A stretch of 64,000 nt of DNA, taken from contig JAHHIM010000073.1 in NCBI GenBank assembly GCA_019358915.1, forward strand, positions 256,001 through 320,000, in the 5' to 3' direction. Positions 21,284 to 31,582 of this stretch are shown here, in pieces. Each line of letters starts with the position of its first letter. Positions within the stretch are counted from its first letter, which is position 1. The notes below the pieces were generated by a model that ran no database searches, was not told where the DNA came from, and worked only from the letters and a program-made list of their open reading frames with translations. The stretch comes from Trichormus sp. ATA11-4-KO1. GTDB taxonomy: Bacteria > Cyanobacteriota > Cyanobacteriia > Cyanobacteriales > Nostocaceae. The position numbers and the translations under genes were made by a program.

Positions 21284-21560
21284 AAAGAAAACGCTCATTT
21301 TTGTTAGCTTTTCTTGCAGAAATAATTCTGATAAAGCCATCCCTTTCTGTATGAACAACTACTACAATAATAATTGAGTTAATTGAACTTAAATTAATTT
21401 GACTAATAGAAATTTCTCTTATTTCTCCATAATCCTTTCTATTGTCTAGGAAATTCCGCCTACTTTCATCATCGAAAACCTGTGATGCTTCATTAAAATC
21501 AATCCCATGTTTTTCTATATTAATTTTATTTTTATTTTCATCCCACTGAAAACGAGCCAT
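21270..21560 (-). CDS. BrnT family toxin
   Basis: FQWDENKNKINIEKHGIDF...IRIISARKANKNER. Confidence 0.9.
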   Translation of the reverse strand: MARFQWDENKNKINIEKHGIDFNEASQVFDDESRRNFLDNRKDYGEIREISISQINLSSINSIIIVVVVHTERDGFIRIISARKANKNERFLYEKQ

Positions 21561-21633
21561 TACGATAAATTAATTTATATTTTTTCATATAAAGCAAAAT
21601 GTATCACATTTAACATACTCAATTTTCCTGAGA

Positions 21634-21723
21634 TTCTTTCAAGAAGGTGATTACATTGTGTCCCCCACTTTTCCCGAATTAAATCTCACTGCAAACCAGA
21701 TTTTTCAAGCTGGTGTGGTATAG
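21634..21723 (+). pseudogene. C-terminal remnant of a Uma2-family gene
   Basis: Translates FFQEGDYIVSPTFPELNLTANQIFQAGVV*, a typical Uma2 C-terminus; no N-terminus. Confidence 0.65.
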
Positions 21724-21812
21724 TTTTCAATTAAAAATATGATTTGAGAAGGGGTAAACTGAAAATTATGGCAGATCAGGTTCTTTTGAATCAATAGGAG
21801 TAACAAGTAATC

Positions 21813-22082
21813 GTGCCTAAATACATTATGTGGGGAACTTACTGTGAAAACGTTCTGGAAAAACGCGACCCCTACCGTCAAGCACATTTAGACGGATTAG
21901 CAAAACAGAAAGAATCCGGTGTACTAATTACTATTGGCCCCACCAAGGATGTCACGAAAGTTTTTGGCATTTATGAAGCTGAAAATGAAGCGACTGTGCA
22001 TCAGTTGATTGAAAATGACCCATACTGGAAAAATGGCATCTGGACTGAATATTTTGTCAAAGAGTGGATACAAGCTTTTTAA
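21813..22082 (+). CDS. YciI family protein
   Basis: KRDPYRQAHL, GPT, DPYWKNGIW; AGGAG SD. Confidence 0.9.
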   Translation: MPKYIMWGTYCENVLEKRDPYRQAHLDGLAKQKESGVLITIGPTKDVTKVFGIYEAENEATVHQLIENDPYWKNGIWTEYFVKEWIQAF

Positions 22083-22313
22083 ATACCTAGAGATTTTAAT
22101 GCATATTTAACATTTTTTGTCAATATGCCAATTTAATTACTGTCCACTAAATCAGCTAAATCATCTCAAAAATCACATCTTCAATTCCTGCTTTTAGTAG
22201 ATGCGATGAGAATTTTGTTAGTGTAAATAATAAAATGTCTCCGTTATTGCATAAACTAAAACAGCAATTCATTTGCGACTGCAAAAAATTTAATTGCTCA
22301 ACAAGGTACTACC

Positions 22314-22709
22314 ATGAATCGAATCTTAAAACGTACACTTTTACCTGGCCTCATGGCTGCAAGTTTAACTAGTGTCACTTTAATTCCTGCTCAACCAGCT
22401 GCTGCGGACACATTACTTAGGGATGCGGGGGCTGGAGCTGCTACTAGTGCGGCATCGGGAGCTATTAGAGGATGTGGTTCTTTGCTCAACAATGCGGTTA
22501 AAGGTGCTGCTGCTGGGGCTGCTGTCAATGCGGCTAATAGTAGTAGACGCAACCGCAGAAACCCTAGCTTAGTTCGCAACGTTGCAGTTGGGGGAACTGC
22601 GGGTGCAGTAGCTGGTGCAATTACTCGTGGTTGCAGAGATCCCCTGGGAAATGCTGTTGATGGTGCAGCTGCGGGTGCAGTTATCCATCTTTTGAACAAC
22701 AGAAAATAA
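22314..22709 (+). CDS. Secreted glycine-zipper-like protein
   Basis: Signal peptide (AAA) and GAAAGA repeats. Confidence 0.75.
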   Translation: MNRILKRTLLPGLMAASLTSVTLIPAQPAAADTLLRDAGAGAATSAASGAIRGCGSLLNNAVKGAAAGAAVNAANSSRRNRRNPSLVRNVAVGGTAGAVAGAITRGCRDPLGNAVDGAAAGAVIHLLNNRK

Positions 22710-22898
22710 GTGGCAATTTGTGTTTTTTAATCGAGTTTTAGATTTGAAATTTTGGATTTTGAATTATTCATCGAAATCCAAAATTGTGTAATTTCTGTCT
22801 TAATATCTGGCAGATTCATCTGAAGTTATTAGTAGGTGATATATCAACCTACTAATTCTCCGACATTAAGATGGGTATTTCAATGTTTTCAAGGAATT

Positions 22899-23119
22899 CA
22901 TCTTTTGCCTTTAAATTATTTGATGAGCCTTTAGCTACAGAACACGGTGGACTGATGCGGCTCGTAGTACCTCACCTCTACGCCTGGAAAAGTGCCAAGT
23001 GGATCAATGGTTTAGAATTTCTCAGTCGGGAAGAACTTGGTTTTTGGGAACGTAACGGCTACCTCCGCCGTAGTGAACCTTGGGCGGAGGAACGTTACAG
23101 CAGTGCTTTTGGGTTTTAA
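22899..23119 (+). pseudogene. 3' remnant of a sulfite-oxidase-like molybdopterin oxidoreductase
   Basis: EHGGLMRLVVPHLYAWKSAKWINGLEF...GFWERNGY; N-terminal half missing. Confidence 0.8.
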
Positions 23120-23134
23120 AAATTTTTACTTAAA

Positions 23135-24517
23135 TTATCTAATCATCCGCTTAAGTGCGGCCAACTTGTCTTTGTAAGGAGCATATCGCCAGTTTAAATC
23201 TAGCCAGAAAGAATTTTTTAACACACTTTTGTAATGAGAAAAGGTGTCAAAACTGGCTTTGCCGTGATAGCTACCAATACCACTGTCACCTATTCCACCA
23301 AATGGTAAAGATGGGACACCAATGTGCATCAGTGTGTCATTGAGACAAACTCCACCAGATGAGGTTTCCTGTAAAACTCGCTTTTGCAGGTTTTTATTTC
23401 GAGTGAATAAATATAAAGCCAAGGGTTTTGGTCGGGAGTTAATTAAGGCGATCGCCTCTGTGATATCACTGTATTCAACTATGGGTAAGATGGGGCCAAA
23501 AATTTCTTCCTGCATTACAGGGTCTGCCAAAGATACATGATCAATTACGGTAGGAGCAATATAACGTTCCGCAGGGTTGGTTTCTCCACCAATAATAATT
23601 TCGCCATCTTTGATTAATTTAGCCAACCTATCAAAATGTTTTTGACTGATAATTCTAGCATAATCTGGACTATTGGCTGGATGATCTCCATAAAATTCGG
23701 TGAGGCATTTTTTCATGCCATCTAAGAAGTTTTTCTTGATTTTTCGATCTATTAAAAGATAATCAGGCGCAATACAAGTTTGTCCAGCATTAATAAATTT
23801 GCCCCAAGTAATGCGTCTAACAGTGTGCTCAAGATTGATATCAGTATCGACAATACAAGGACTTTTGCCGCCTAATTCTAAGGTGACTGGTGTGAGATGT
23901 TTAGCGGCTGCTTCCATAATGATTTTGCCAACGGCTGTACCACCAGTAAAAAAGATATGGTCAAACTTTTCTGCCAGGAGTTTTTGACTTATTCCTACCC
24001 CCCCTTCTACTACTGCAAGATACTTTGGTTCAAAATATTTGCCAATGATTTGAGCTAATAAATTGGAAGTATGAGGCGCCAGCTCTGAAGGTTTGGTGAT
24101 TGTACAATTTCCCGCCGCGATCGCACCTACTAAAGGTGAAGTAATTAAACTAAAAGGATAGTTCCAAGGGCCAATAATTAAAACAACTCCTAGCGGTTCT
24201 GGATAAATTCGGGCTGAGTAGGAAAAAAAGTCCCATGAAACGGCTGCTTTTTTGGGCTTACTCCAAGTGTTGAGATGTTTAATAGCGTAATCAATTTCCT
24301 TGGTGACACTGATTTCGGAAATATAAGTTTCAAATTCTGGTTTCTGTAAATCGGTTTGTAGTGCTTGAATTATTGCTTGTTCATTTTCCAGTATTGCTTG
24401 CTTAAGAATTTTGAGTTGTTCGATGCGAAAAACCACATCTTTAGTTTTACCAGTTTGAAAAAATTCACGCTGCTTATGGATAATTTCAGCAATATTTGCT
24501 AGTTCATTCGCAATCAT
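23135..24517 (-). CDS. Aldehyde dehydrogenase (ALDH3-like)
   Basis: PWNYP, FTGGT, LELGGKSP, GQTCIAPDY, EEIFGP. Confidence 0.95.
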   Translation of the reverse strand: MIANELANIAEIIHKQREFFQTGKTKDVVFRIEQLKILKQAILENEQAIIQALQTDLQKPEFETYISEISVTKEIDYAIKHLNTWSKPKKAAVSWDFFSYSARIYPEPLGVVLIIGPWNYPFSLITSPLVGAIAAGNCTITKPSELAPHTSNLLAQIIGKYFEPKYLAVVEGGVGISQKLLAEKFDHIFFTGGTAVGKIIMEAAAKHLTPVTLELGGKSPCIVDTDINLEHTVRRITWGKFINAGQTCIAPDYLLIDRKIKKNFLDGMKKCLTEFYGDHPANSPDYARIISQKHFDRLAKLIKDGEIIIGGETNPAERYIAPTVIDHVSLADPVMQEEIFGPILPIVEYSDITEAIALINSRPKPLALYLFTRNKNLQKRVLQETSSGGVCLNDTLMHIGVPSLPFGGIGDSGIGSYHGKASFDTFSHYKSVLKNSFWLDLNWRYAPYKDKLAALKRMIR

Positions 24518-24630
24518 ATTTTTCTCCTGATATAATAAATTATGAAAATGGTAGTAGGGTTATATTAAGTTTTAAAATTTTACTAATTAACTAAACAGAA
24601 AAATCATAAATTTATATTTAATTGAGAAAT

Positions 24631-24681
24631 GATAAATTATGACTTATCTAGCTGATAAATTGACATAAGTCATAATTTATC
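24631..24681. terminator. 17-bp perfect inverted repeat downstream of the kinase gene
   Basis: GATAAATTATGACTTAT...ATAAGTCATAATTTATC. Confidence 0.55.
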
Positions 24682-24694
24682 CTTAATAATCATC

Positions 24695-25810
24695 TCATTG
24701 TTTGATAGGTAGGCTGACAATGAAAACACTACCTTTACCTAGTTGAGAATTTGCTAGGATGTTACCGTGATGTGCTTCGACAATTCGGCGAGAAAGATAC
24801 AATCCTAAACCACTACCAGAACTTTTGTGGTTTCCCTGACGAAATCTTTCAAATAAGGTGGCTTGTTCTTCAGGTGGAATACCTATACCTGTATCCGCTA
24901 CTTTTATATTAATGTAGTTATCGTAAATTTTACTACTTTCAAGCCCAGTGTTAACACAGATATTGACTGAGCCAGATTCAGTAAATTTGATCGCATTACC
25001 TATGAGATTGGTAAATAGACGATGCAGTTCCAAGCGATCGCCCATCACTATAGTGGTGGTTGACTCATCAGACACATTCAAATTGATAGATAGTGCTTTA
25101 TGCTGTGCTAAGGGTGTCAGCTCTCCAACCACCTCTTCTAGCAACTGAATGAGATCAACTTGCTGAAATGCCAGGGTTTTACGACCTGCTTCAAAGCGAT
25201 AAACTTCCAATAAGGTATTCACCATAGATAGCAAGTTGAGATTACTGCGAGCCATAATGGTGATGACTTCTTGCATTTGCGGTGATAAACTACCAAGTGC
25301 CCCCTGTTGAAACAGCATCAACATGCGATCGGCAGCCACCAAAGGAGTGCGTAAATCATGGGTAAGACGGGAGACAAAATCTTCTCGCTGGCGGGCAATT
25401 TCATCACGTTCATCTATACTGCGCTTCAAACGCAATAGCGATCGCACCCTTGCCAGCAATTCATCTACTGTTACAGGTTTGCGGATAAAATCATCAGCAC
25501 CCAAGTCTAATCCTTGAGCCACATTGGGCGCGTCGTGGGCAGTAATCAGCAGAATAGGGATGTATGGCTGCAACTTCATATTTCCACGAATACGCTTAGT
25601 TACTTCGTATCCATCCATTCCTGGCATCATTAGATCCAGCAACACCAAGTCGCAGGGCGATGCTTCCAGTTGTGCTAATGCCGAAATGCCATTTTCTGCG
25701 GTGCTAATTGTGTAGCCTTCTTCCTCCAAAATAGTTTTGATCAAAAACACATTATCAGGAGAGTCATCGACAACAAGAATTTTGTCAGAGCGAGAAGATA
25801 GGGAACTCAT
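24695..25810 (-). CDS. Hybrid receiver-histidine kinase
   Basis: REC domain (VVDD, LLDLMMP), H-box THDLRTPL, N-box NLIGNAIKF, DTGIGI, GSGLGL. Confidence 0.93.
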   Translation of the reverse strand: MSSLSSRSDKILVVDDSPDNVFLIKTILEEEGYTISTAENGISALAQLEASPCDLVLLDLMMPGMDGYEVTKRIRGNMKLQPYIPILLITAHDAPNVAQGLDLGADDFIRKPVTVDELLARVRSLLRLKRSIDERDEIARQREDFVSRLTHDLRTPLVAADRMLMLFQQGALGSLSPQMQEVITIMARSNLNLLSMVNTLLEVYRFEAGRKTLAFQQVDLIQLLEEVVGELTPLAQHKALSINLNVSDESTTTIVMGDRLELHRLFTNLIGNAIKFTESGSVNICVNTGLESSKIYDNYINIKVADTGIGIPPEEQATLFERFRQGNHKSSGSGLGLYLSRRIVEAHHGNILANSQLGKGSVFIVSLPIKQ

Positions 25811-26063
25811 GTGGTATTGAGGTGTAGGGTAAAAGTAAATGTTGGTAATATTGACTATATTTGGAGCAATTTTTTACGCCATATTTGCTTGACCTTTGAA
25901 TCAGTTTACTCAAAGTCAGTGATCCTAGGGCAATGATATTATGCCTTTGTATAACTTTTATCGTCAAAATTTTGGCGATCGCCAGCAGTTCACTGCTGAA
26001 CGCAGCACTAAAGCCAGCTTACGCATCCCAAGTTAGGGATAGTTTACTTCTTAATTCCCTCAT

Positions 26064-26318
26064 TTATATACAGGGTTGAAATCAGGTGAGTTCTGTTATC
26101 TGCTGAACTCCCGAAAGATGGGCAAGTCTAGCCCTTTTAATATGGGTCAAGCGATCGCACTCACGGGCTTTTGATTAGATGAAGCGGAACCATTAGCCCA
26201 AAGTTTGGTAGGGCGAGTCAGCCATCACCAGGCTGTTATACCAGAGATTTTGTCTGAGACTGGTGGACAACAGTTTCTAACTTTGAAACTATGTCAACTT
26301 GCCGTTACAACAAAGTGA
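26064..26318 (+). pseudogene. Internally deleted AAA-like (AAA_35) domain remnant
   Basis: One frame reads LYTGLKSGEFCYLLNSRKMGKSS|PFNMGQAIALTGF*LDEAEPL...ETGGQQFLTLKLCQL; in-frame stop. Confidence 0.7.
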
Positions 26319-26349
26319 TGTTTGAAAACAATGTCCTACAAGTCTACAT

Positions 26350-26826
26350 TTATTCCCCAGAAGGGATACTATCCAAAACCTGCTGAAATTCTGTTGTAGA
26401 AGAAAGAGCGATCGCTCTTTTCAGTAAAGTTTTCAGTACAGATGCATCTGTTTGTTCATAGTCCAAAAGCTTGGCCACAGGAAACTCTAAACTCACCCGA
26501 CATCCCCCCAATTGATACCTGTAGCTGGAAGGTCGCCAATTTGCCTGTTCATCTGCTAACACGGCTAAACTAATGACTCGCTTTTTATGGCGGTCAAACA
26601 AGCGGTAATTGTAGGTATACATCCGTTCGGCAAATTGGCTGTCATATTGTCCTTGGACTTCTACATGCACCAATACCCAAGCTTCTTCGCCATCCAGTAA
26701 CCAAACTTTTGCGACTTTATCAACCAAACGCCGACCAATTTCGGCATCAGGTTCTAGTTGTTGTAATTCTGTGTCCAGAAATTCATAAGGGCGTGTCCAG
26801 TCGATTGCAGCAGATTGCTCAGTCAT
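26350..26826 (-). pseudogene. Rpn/YhgA-like PD-(D/E)XK protein, apparently internally deleted
   Basis: IDWTRPYEFLDTEL, VDKVAKVW, VHVEVQ, RMYTYNYRLFD, SLAVLAD; short for the family; starts 3 bp after the ureC stop. Confidence 0.6.
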
Positions 26827-26829
26827 GAA

Positions 26830-28536
26830 CTAAAACAAAAAGTATCTTTGCGCCATTGGTAACACTGTCGCCGGTTCACAAATCAGTAATTCACCATTTG
26901 CCCTGACTTCATAAGTTTCTGGATCAACTTCAATGTGAGGTAAGGCATCATTTAGCTTCATATCCCGTTTACTCACTTGGCGTGTCCCGGAAACGGCAAC
27001 GGCTGTCTTTTGTAAATTCAATTGACTGGGAATTTCTCTTTCTAATGCTGCTTGGGAAACAAACGTTAAAGATGTGGCGTGACGCGCCCCGGCAAAACTA
27101 CCAAACATCGGTCGTGTATGCACTGGTTGGGGTGTGGGGATACTGGCGTTAGCGTCACCCATTTGTGACCAAGCAATCATGCCGCCTTTAATCACGATCT
27201 CTGGTTTCACGCCAAAAAATGCAGGTCGCCATAAGCATAAGTCTGCAAGTTTCCCTGCTTCCACTGAACCCACATACTGGGCAATACCGTGAGTAATCGC
27301 TGAATTTATGGTATATTTAGCAACATATCTTTTAGCTCGAAAATTATCTGCTTGACCATCTTCAGCAAGACTTCCGCGCTGCACCTTCATTTTGTGGGAT
27401 GTCTGCCATGTGCGAATTATTACCTCACCAACTCGCCCCATTGCCTGGGAATCAGAAGCAATCATACTAAACGCGCCTAAGTCATGCAAAATATCTTCCG
27501 CCGCAATAGTTTCCCGGCGAATCCGAGACTCGGCAAAGGCGACATCTTCGGGAATTCCAGAATCGAGGTGATGACATACCATCAACATATCCAGGTGTTC
27601 TTCTAGGGTGTTAACGGTGTAAGGACGGGTGGGGTTGGTGGAAGATGGTAAAACGTTGGCTTGGCTGCAAACTTTGATAATATCTGGTGCATGTCCACCA
27701 CCTGCGCCTTCTGTATGGTAGGTGTGAATGGCACGATGTTTGAAAGCAGCAATGGTGTCTTCGACAAATCCGGCTTCATTTAAAGTATCAGTATGAATTG
27801 CTACTTGTACATCATATTCATCTGCAACACTGAGACAAGTATCTATAGTCGCGGGTGTGGTTCCCCAGTCTTCATGTAGCTTTAATCCCATTGCACCCGC
27901 TAAGACTTGTTCAACAATTCCTTGGGGTTGACTGGTGTTACCTTTACCCAAAAATCCTAAGTTCACAGGGAAAGCATCAGCAGCTTGTAACATGCGGTGA
28001 ATATTCCACGGGCCGGGGGTGCAGGTAGTGGCGTTTGTCCCTGTGGCGGGGCCAGTACCACCGCCAATCATCGTAGTAATTCCAGAGGCGATCGCCACTT
28101 CAATTTGTTGGGGGCAAATAAAATGAATATGACTATCAATACCGCCAGCCGTGAGAATCATCCCTTCTCCAGCTAAGGCTTCGGTTCCAGGGCCAATAAT
28201 AATATCTATATTGTCTTGAATATAAGGATTGCCGGCTTTACCAATTTTGCATATTTTGCCGTCTTTAATACCAATATCGGCTTTGACAATTCCCCACCAA
28301 TCGAGAATTAAGGCGTTGGTAATGACTAAATCTACTGCACCATCAGCGTTAGAAATGGGGGATTGTCCCATTCCGTCACGGATGACTTTACCGCCACCAA
28401 ACTTCACTTCATCACCGTAGGTTGTGAAATCTTGTTCTACTTCGATGAATAATTCTGTGTCTGCAAGACGGATGCGATCGCCTACTGTGGGACCATAGGT
28501 TTCTGCGTAGGCTTGGCGTGAGATTTTGTAAGGCAT
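26830..28536 (-). CDS. ureC: Urease subunit alpha
   Basis: [37 protein letters not shown]. Confidence 0.98.
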   Translation of the reverse strand: MPYKISRQAYAETYGPTVGDRIRLADTELFIEVEQDFTTYGDEVKFGGGKVIRDGMGQSPISNADGAVDLVITNALILDWWGIVKADIGIKDGKICKIGKAGNPYIQDNIDIIIGPGTEALAGEGMILTAGGIDSHIHFICPQQIEVAIASGITTMIGGGTGPATGTNATTCTPGPWNIHRMLQAADAFPVNLGFLGKGNTSQPQGIVEQVLAGAMGLKLHEDWGTTPATIDTCLSVADEYDVQVAIHTDTLNEAGFVEDTIAAFKHRAIHTYHTEGAGGGHAPDIIKVCSQANVLPSSTNPTRPYTVNTLEEHLDMLMVCHHLDSGIPEDVAFAESRIRRETIAAEDILHDLGAFSMIASDSQAMGRVGEVIIRTWQTSHKMKVQRGSLAEDGQADNFRAKRYVAKYTINSAITHGIAQYVGSVEAGKLADLCLWRPAFFGVKPEIVIKGGMIAWSQMGDANASIPTPQPVHTRPMFGSFAGARHATSLTFVSQAALEREIPSQLNLQKTAVAVSGTRQVSKRDMKLNDALPHIEVDPETYEVRANGELLICEPATVLPMAQRYFLF

Positions 28537-28575
28537 TATACAGTCCTGGATTTTGAGGTTAGAATTGTTTTGAAA

Positions 28576-28592
28576 CGCAAAGGGACGCGAAG
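28576..28592 (+). repeat. Left 17-bp inverted repeat of the GxxExxY cassette
   Basis: CGCAAAGGGACGCGAAG is the exact reverse complement of 28979-28995. Confidence 0.9.
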
Positions 28593-28593
28593 T

Positions 28594-28971
28594 ATGGATG
28601 AGAATGATTTAAGTTGGGCGATTATTGGTTGTGGAATGAGGGTGCATACGGTGTTGGGGCCTGGTTTGTTGGAGTCTGTGTATGAGGAGTGTTTGGATTA
28701 TGAATTAAGGCAGCAGGGATTTAAGGTTGGTAGGCAAATTCCCTTACATCTTGTGTATAAAGATGTGGAATTAGATTGTGTTTATCGATTGGATTTGATT
28801 GTAGAAAATAAAGTAGTGATTGAAGTTAAATCTGTAGAATCTCTTAAACCCATCCACGCAGTACAACTCTCAACCTACCTAAAACTCACTCACTGTAAAC
28901 TCGGCCTCCTCCTCAACTTCAACGTCCTCCACCTCAAACAAGGAATCAAACGCGTCGCCAACAACCTCTAA
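28594..28971 (+). CDS. GxxExxY protein (PD-(D/E)XK nuclease superfamily)
   Basis: [43 protein letters not shown]; antisense to the urease operon. Confidence 0.92.
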   Translation: MDENDLSWAIIGCGMRVHTVLGPGLLESVYEECLDYELRQQGFKVGRQIPLHLVYKDVELDCVYRLDLIVENKVVIEVKSVESLKPIHAVQLSTYLKLTHCKLGLLLNFNVLHLKQGIKRVANNL

Positions 28972-28978
28972 ATCCTCT

Positions 28979-29020
28979 CTTCGCGTCCCTTTGCGCTCAC
29001 CTCCGCGTACCTTTGCGTTT
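28979..29020 (-). repeat. Right inverted repeats (two tandem units) of the GxxExxY cassette
   Basis: CTTCGCGTCCCTTTGCG followed by CTCCGCGTACCTTTGCGTTT, which runs into the ureB stop. Confidence 0.9.
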
Positions 29021-29324
29021 AAATCTTCCCATTAACCTTGCCATTAAAACCATAAACCTCACGACTTCCAACCAGAGGAACAAGAGTCACCGCCTTTTCA
29101 TCCCCTGGCTCAAACCGCACCGCCGTACCCGCAGGAATATCAAGCCTCATCCCCCGCGCTTGTTCCCGATCAAAATTCAAAGCCTGATTGACCTCATAAA
29201 AATGAAAATGGGAACCCACCTGAATCGGGCGATCGCCTGTATTAGCCACCTGTAACTTAATAGTAGAACGACCAGCATTTAACTCAATTTCACCATCTGG
29301 TGTAATAATTTCCCCTGGAATCAT
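29019..29324 (-). CDS. ureB: Urease subunit beta
   Basis: [35 protein letters not shown]. Confidence 0.98.
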   Translation of the reverse strand: MIPGEIITPDGEIELNAGRSTIKLQVANTGDRPIQVGSHFHFYEVNQALNFDREQARGMRLDIPAGTAVRFEPGDEKAVTLVPLVGSREVYGFNGKVNGKI

Positions 29325-29341
29325 AACAGAATTTTCCTAAT

Positions 29342-29998
29342 TTATAGATTTTCCAAAAATTGTACAAATGGCTTGAAAGCTTGAGGACATAATTCGGCAA
29401 TATCCTGATATCTAGCACTTCCTAATATAATTGGTGCATCTGTTTTGCCATCATATTTTTTGCCAAATTGCTTAAAAAGTTGCTCTACAATTTTTTTCGG
29501 TGGTTGATTATGATTTTGGTCTTCAACTGGTTTTGTCCATGTTATTGGTAAAGCATTAACACCAAGTATGCTGGTTAATTTTGATTCAGCAGCTAAAATT
29601 AAGGCTTCTAAATCATGTTTAAAGCAAAAAACCTTAAACCGACCTCTTAATCGACTATCATTAATTCCTTTAGAATTTAATACTTGATTAAAATTATTTA
29701 AAATACCATTTTCCAATTCTTGAATTGTTTCATGAGCAAAACCTTTGTTTTTGGGATATAAATCTGGCACTACTACCACAATCGAATCTGGCTGATTGCA
29801 GATAATATTGACTGCTTTAATTGGTGTCTTTGTCAGTAAATCTTTTTTAGCATCTCCTCCTTTATCATTATCCTTTCCCTTAACAGGAAAAAAATTGATG
29901 CTAATGCCCTGCTGTAATTTAGTTTCAATTAAACTTCCTAATAATGCTTCCATTGCGAATTTATCAGATGTGCCTTCAACATAAATATCAACTTTCAT
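29342..29998 (-). CDS. DUF4276-like protein (TOPRIM-like)
   Basis: IYVEGTSD, VVPDLYP, HDLEALIL, CPQAF; ATGA overlap with the upstream ATPase. Confidence 0.75.
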   Translation of the reverse strand: MKVDIYVEGTSDKFAMEALLGSLIETKLQQGISINFFPVKGKDNDKGGDAKKDLLTKTPIKAVNIICNQPDSIVVVVPDLYPKNKGFAHETIQELENGILNNFNQVLNSKGINDSRLRGRFKVFCFKHDLEALILAAESKLTSILGVNALPITWTKPVEDQNHNQPPKKIVEQLFKQFGKKYDGKTDAPIILGSARYQDIAELCPQAFKPFVQFLENL

Positions 29999-31188
29999 GG
30001 AAGCCTCTCTAATTCATCGCTACGGTGTAACTGTTCTATTTCATCTGAGCCAAAATCGTCAAGCATATCAATTAAAACTTGAGAATTCCCAGGTTTAATA
30101 AACTTTGCTTCTCCATTCTCTTTTCTGAGTACAGCAATTTGAGCAATATCGAACTGTGTGAGAAAGTAGGAAGCATGAGTAGCTAAGAGAATTTGAGTTC
30201 GTTCAGAAGCTTTTTCAAATAAAGCAGCAAGAACAGGTAGTGTGCGAGGGTGTACACCTTGATCTGGTTCATCAATACAAATTAAAGAAGGCGGATTTGG
30301 CTGTACACAAAGACAAATCCAACAAATTAAACGCAAAATTCCATCTGATAAATCAGCAAGACTTAAATCTTCATCAATACCTGATTCCTGCCAAAAAGCT
30401 ATGACTTCTCCTGGTCCACCACGAGCTTTCACTGTTAAGCCTTTAAAACCAGGAATTACCGAACGTAAGTGTTGTTGTAGTTCGTCAAAAGCTGATTTAT
30501 GTTCAGTCATTAAGGAATATATAATTGAACTTAAATTACCTGCATCTTCCCGTAATACTGGTTCTTGTTCCAGGACAACTGATTTACGAATTTTATCATT
30601 TGCTATATTAAAAGAGCTATAAAATCTCCAATTACGAATATATTCACGTAAGTTATATAATGCTTCTAGTGATGGATTTATCATTGCACTCAGCGTTAGT
30701 TGATTATGACGCTTTAAAGCAATATCTTGTGCTATTTCTACTGGTGTAAATCGTGTTTCTCCAGGTTCTTTAATAACACCTTGATTACCTTGAATATCCA
30801 TATATATATATGGATTACTGTATCTATCACTAAAAGGTCTAGAAGACTCTACACGCTCATAGGATACTTGAGTTCGACCAACTGGACCCATCAGTTCTCC
30901 TAAATATCTCATACCAATAGGACGACCCGTATCAATTTCTATATCCCATTGAAATTTTTCCGGGCCAGGAATATGAAAAATTTTTTGACCAATAGAACCA
31001 GGAACAATTTCAGGAGGTATATCTTGATAAAGACTATCTCGTAAAAACTTCAGAAATTCAAACAAACTTGATTTACCAGCACCATTAGCACCAACAATAA
31101 TTTCTAGTGGTTGCAATGACGCTGCAAAATTCCTGAAGGGTCGATAACCTTGAATATTGACATTAGTCAATCTATATGGAGATAGCAT
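29995..31188 (-). CDS. ABC/SMC-type AAA ATPase (AAA_21-like)
   Basis: GANGAGKS Walker A, LSDG signature, ICIDEPD Walker B, ATH. Confidence 0.9.
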   Translation of the reverse strand: MLSPYRLTNVNIQGYRPFRNFAASLQPLEIIVGANGAGKSSLFEFLKFLRDSLYQDIPPEIVPGSIGQKIFHIPGPEKFQWDIEIDTGRPIGMRYLGELMGPVGRTQVSYERVESSRPFSDRYSNPYIYMDIQGNQGVIKEPGETRFTPVEIAQDIALKRHNQLTLSAMINPSLEALYNLREYIRNWRFYSSFNIANDKIRKSVVLEQEPVLREDAGNLSSIIYSLMTEHKSAFDELQQHLRSVIPGFKGLTVKARGGPGEVIAFWQESGIDEDLSLADLSDGILRLICWICLCVQPNPPSLICIDEPDQGVHPRTLPVLAALFEKASERTQILLATHASYFLTQFDIAQIAVLRKENGEAKFIKPGNSQVLIDMLDDFGSDEIEQLHRSDELERLP

Positions 31189-31240
31189 CTTTTTCCTCTA
31201 TTTCGCTGACCTTCTATTTCTCATATTAAGTATTTTTTTC

Positions 31241-31543
31241 CTAACGAATCGGATGATGCACAGTTACCAACTTCGTACCATCAGGAAAAGTTGCCTCCAC
31301 CTGTACCTCATGAACCATTTCCGAGACACCCTCCATCACATCATCCCGCGTTAACAGCGTCGTCCCATAACTCATCAATTCCGCCACCGTTTGTCCATCC
31401 CTCGCACCCTCCAAAATAGCAGCCGAAATATAAGCCACCGCCTCTGGATAATTCAACTTCAAACCCCTATGCTTACGTCTCTCAGCCACTAAAGCAGCCG
31501 TAAAAATCAATAACTTATCCTTCTCTTGCGGCGTAAGTTGCAT
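31241..31543 (-). CDS. ureA: Urease subunit gamma
   Basis: [29 protein letters not shown]. Confidence 0.98.
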   Translation of the reverse strand: MQLTPQEKDKLLIFTAALVAERRKHRGLKLNYPEAVAYISAAILEGARDGQTVAELMSYGTTLLTRDDVMEGVSEMVHEVQVEATFPDGTKLVTVHHPIR

Positions 31544-31552
31544 TCTTCCCTC

Positions 31553-31580
31553 CTCCGTGTTCTCTGCGCCTCTGTGGTTC
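31553..31580 (-). repeat. AACCNCAGAG-type dispersed repeat in the ureD-ureA spacer
   Basis: CTCCGTGTTCTCTGCGCCTCTGTGGTTC aligns without gaps to 58655-58682. Confidence 0.8.
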
Positions 31581-31582
31581 GT

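Noticed and set aside
21600..21615. TGTA-N8-AACA as an NtcA site
   Set aside because: Imperfect, in AT-rich DNA, with no suitably placed -10 identified.
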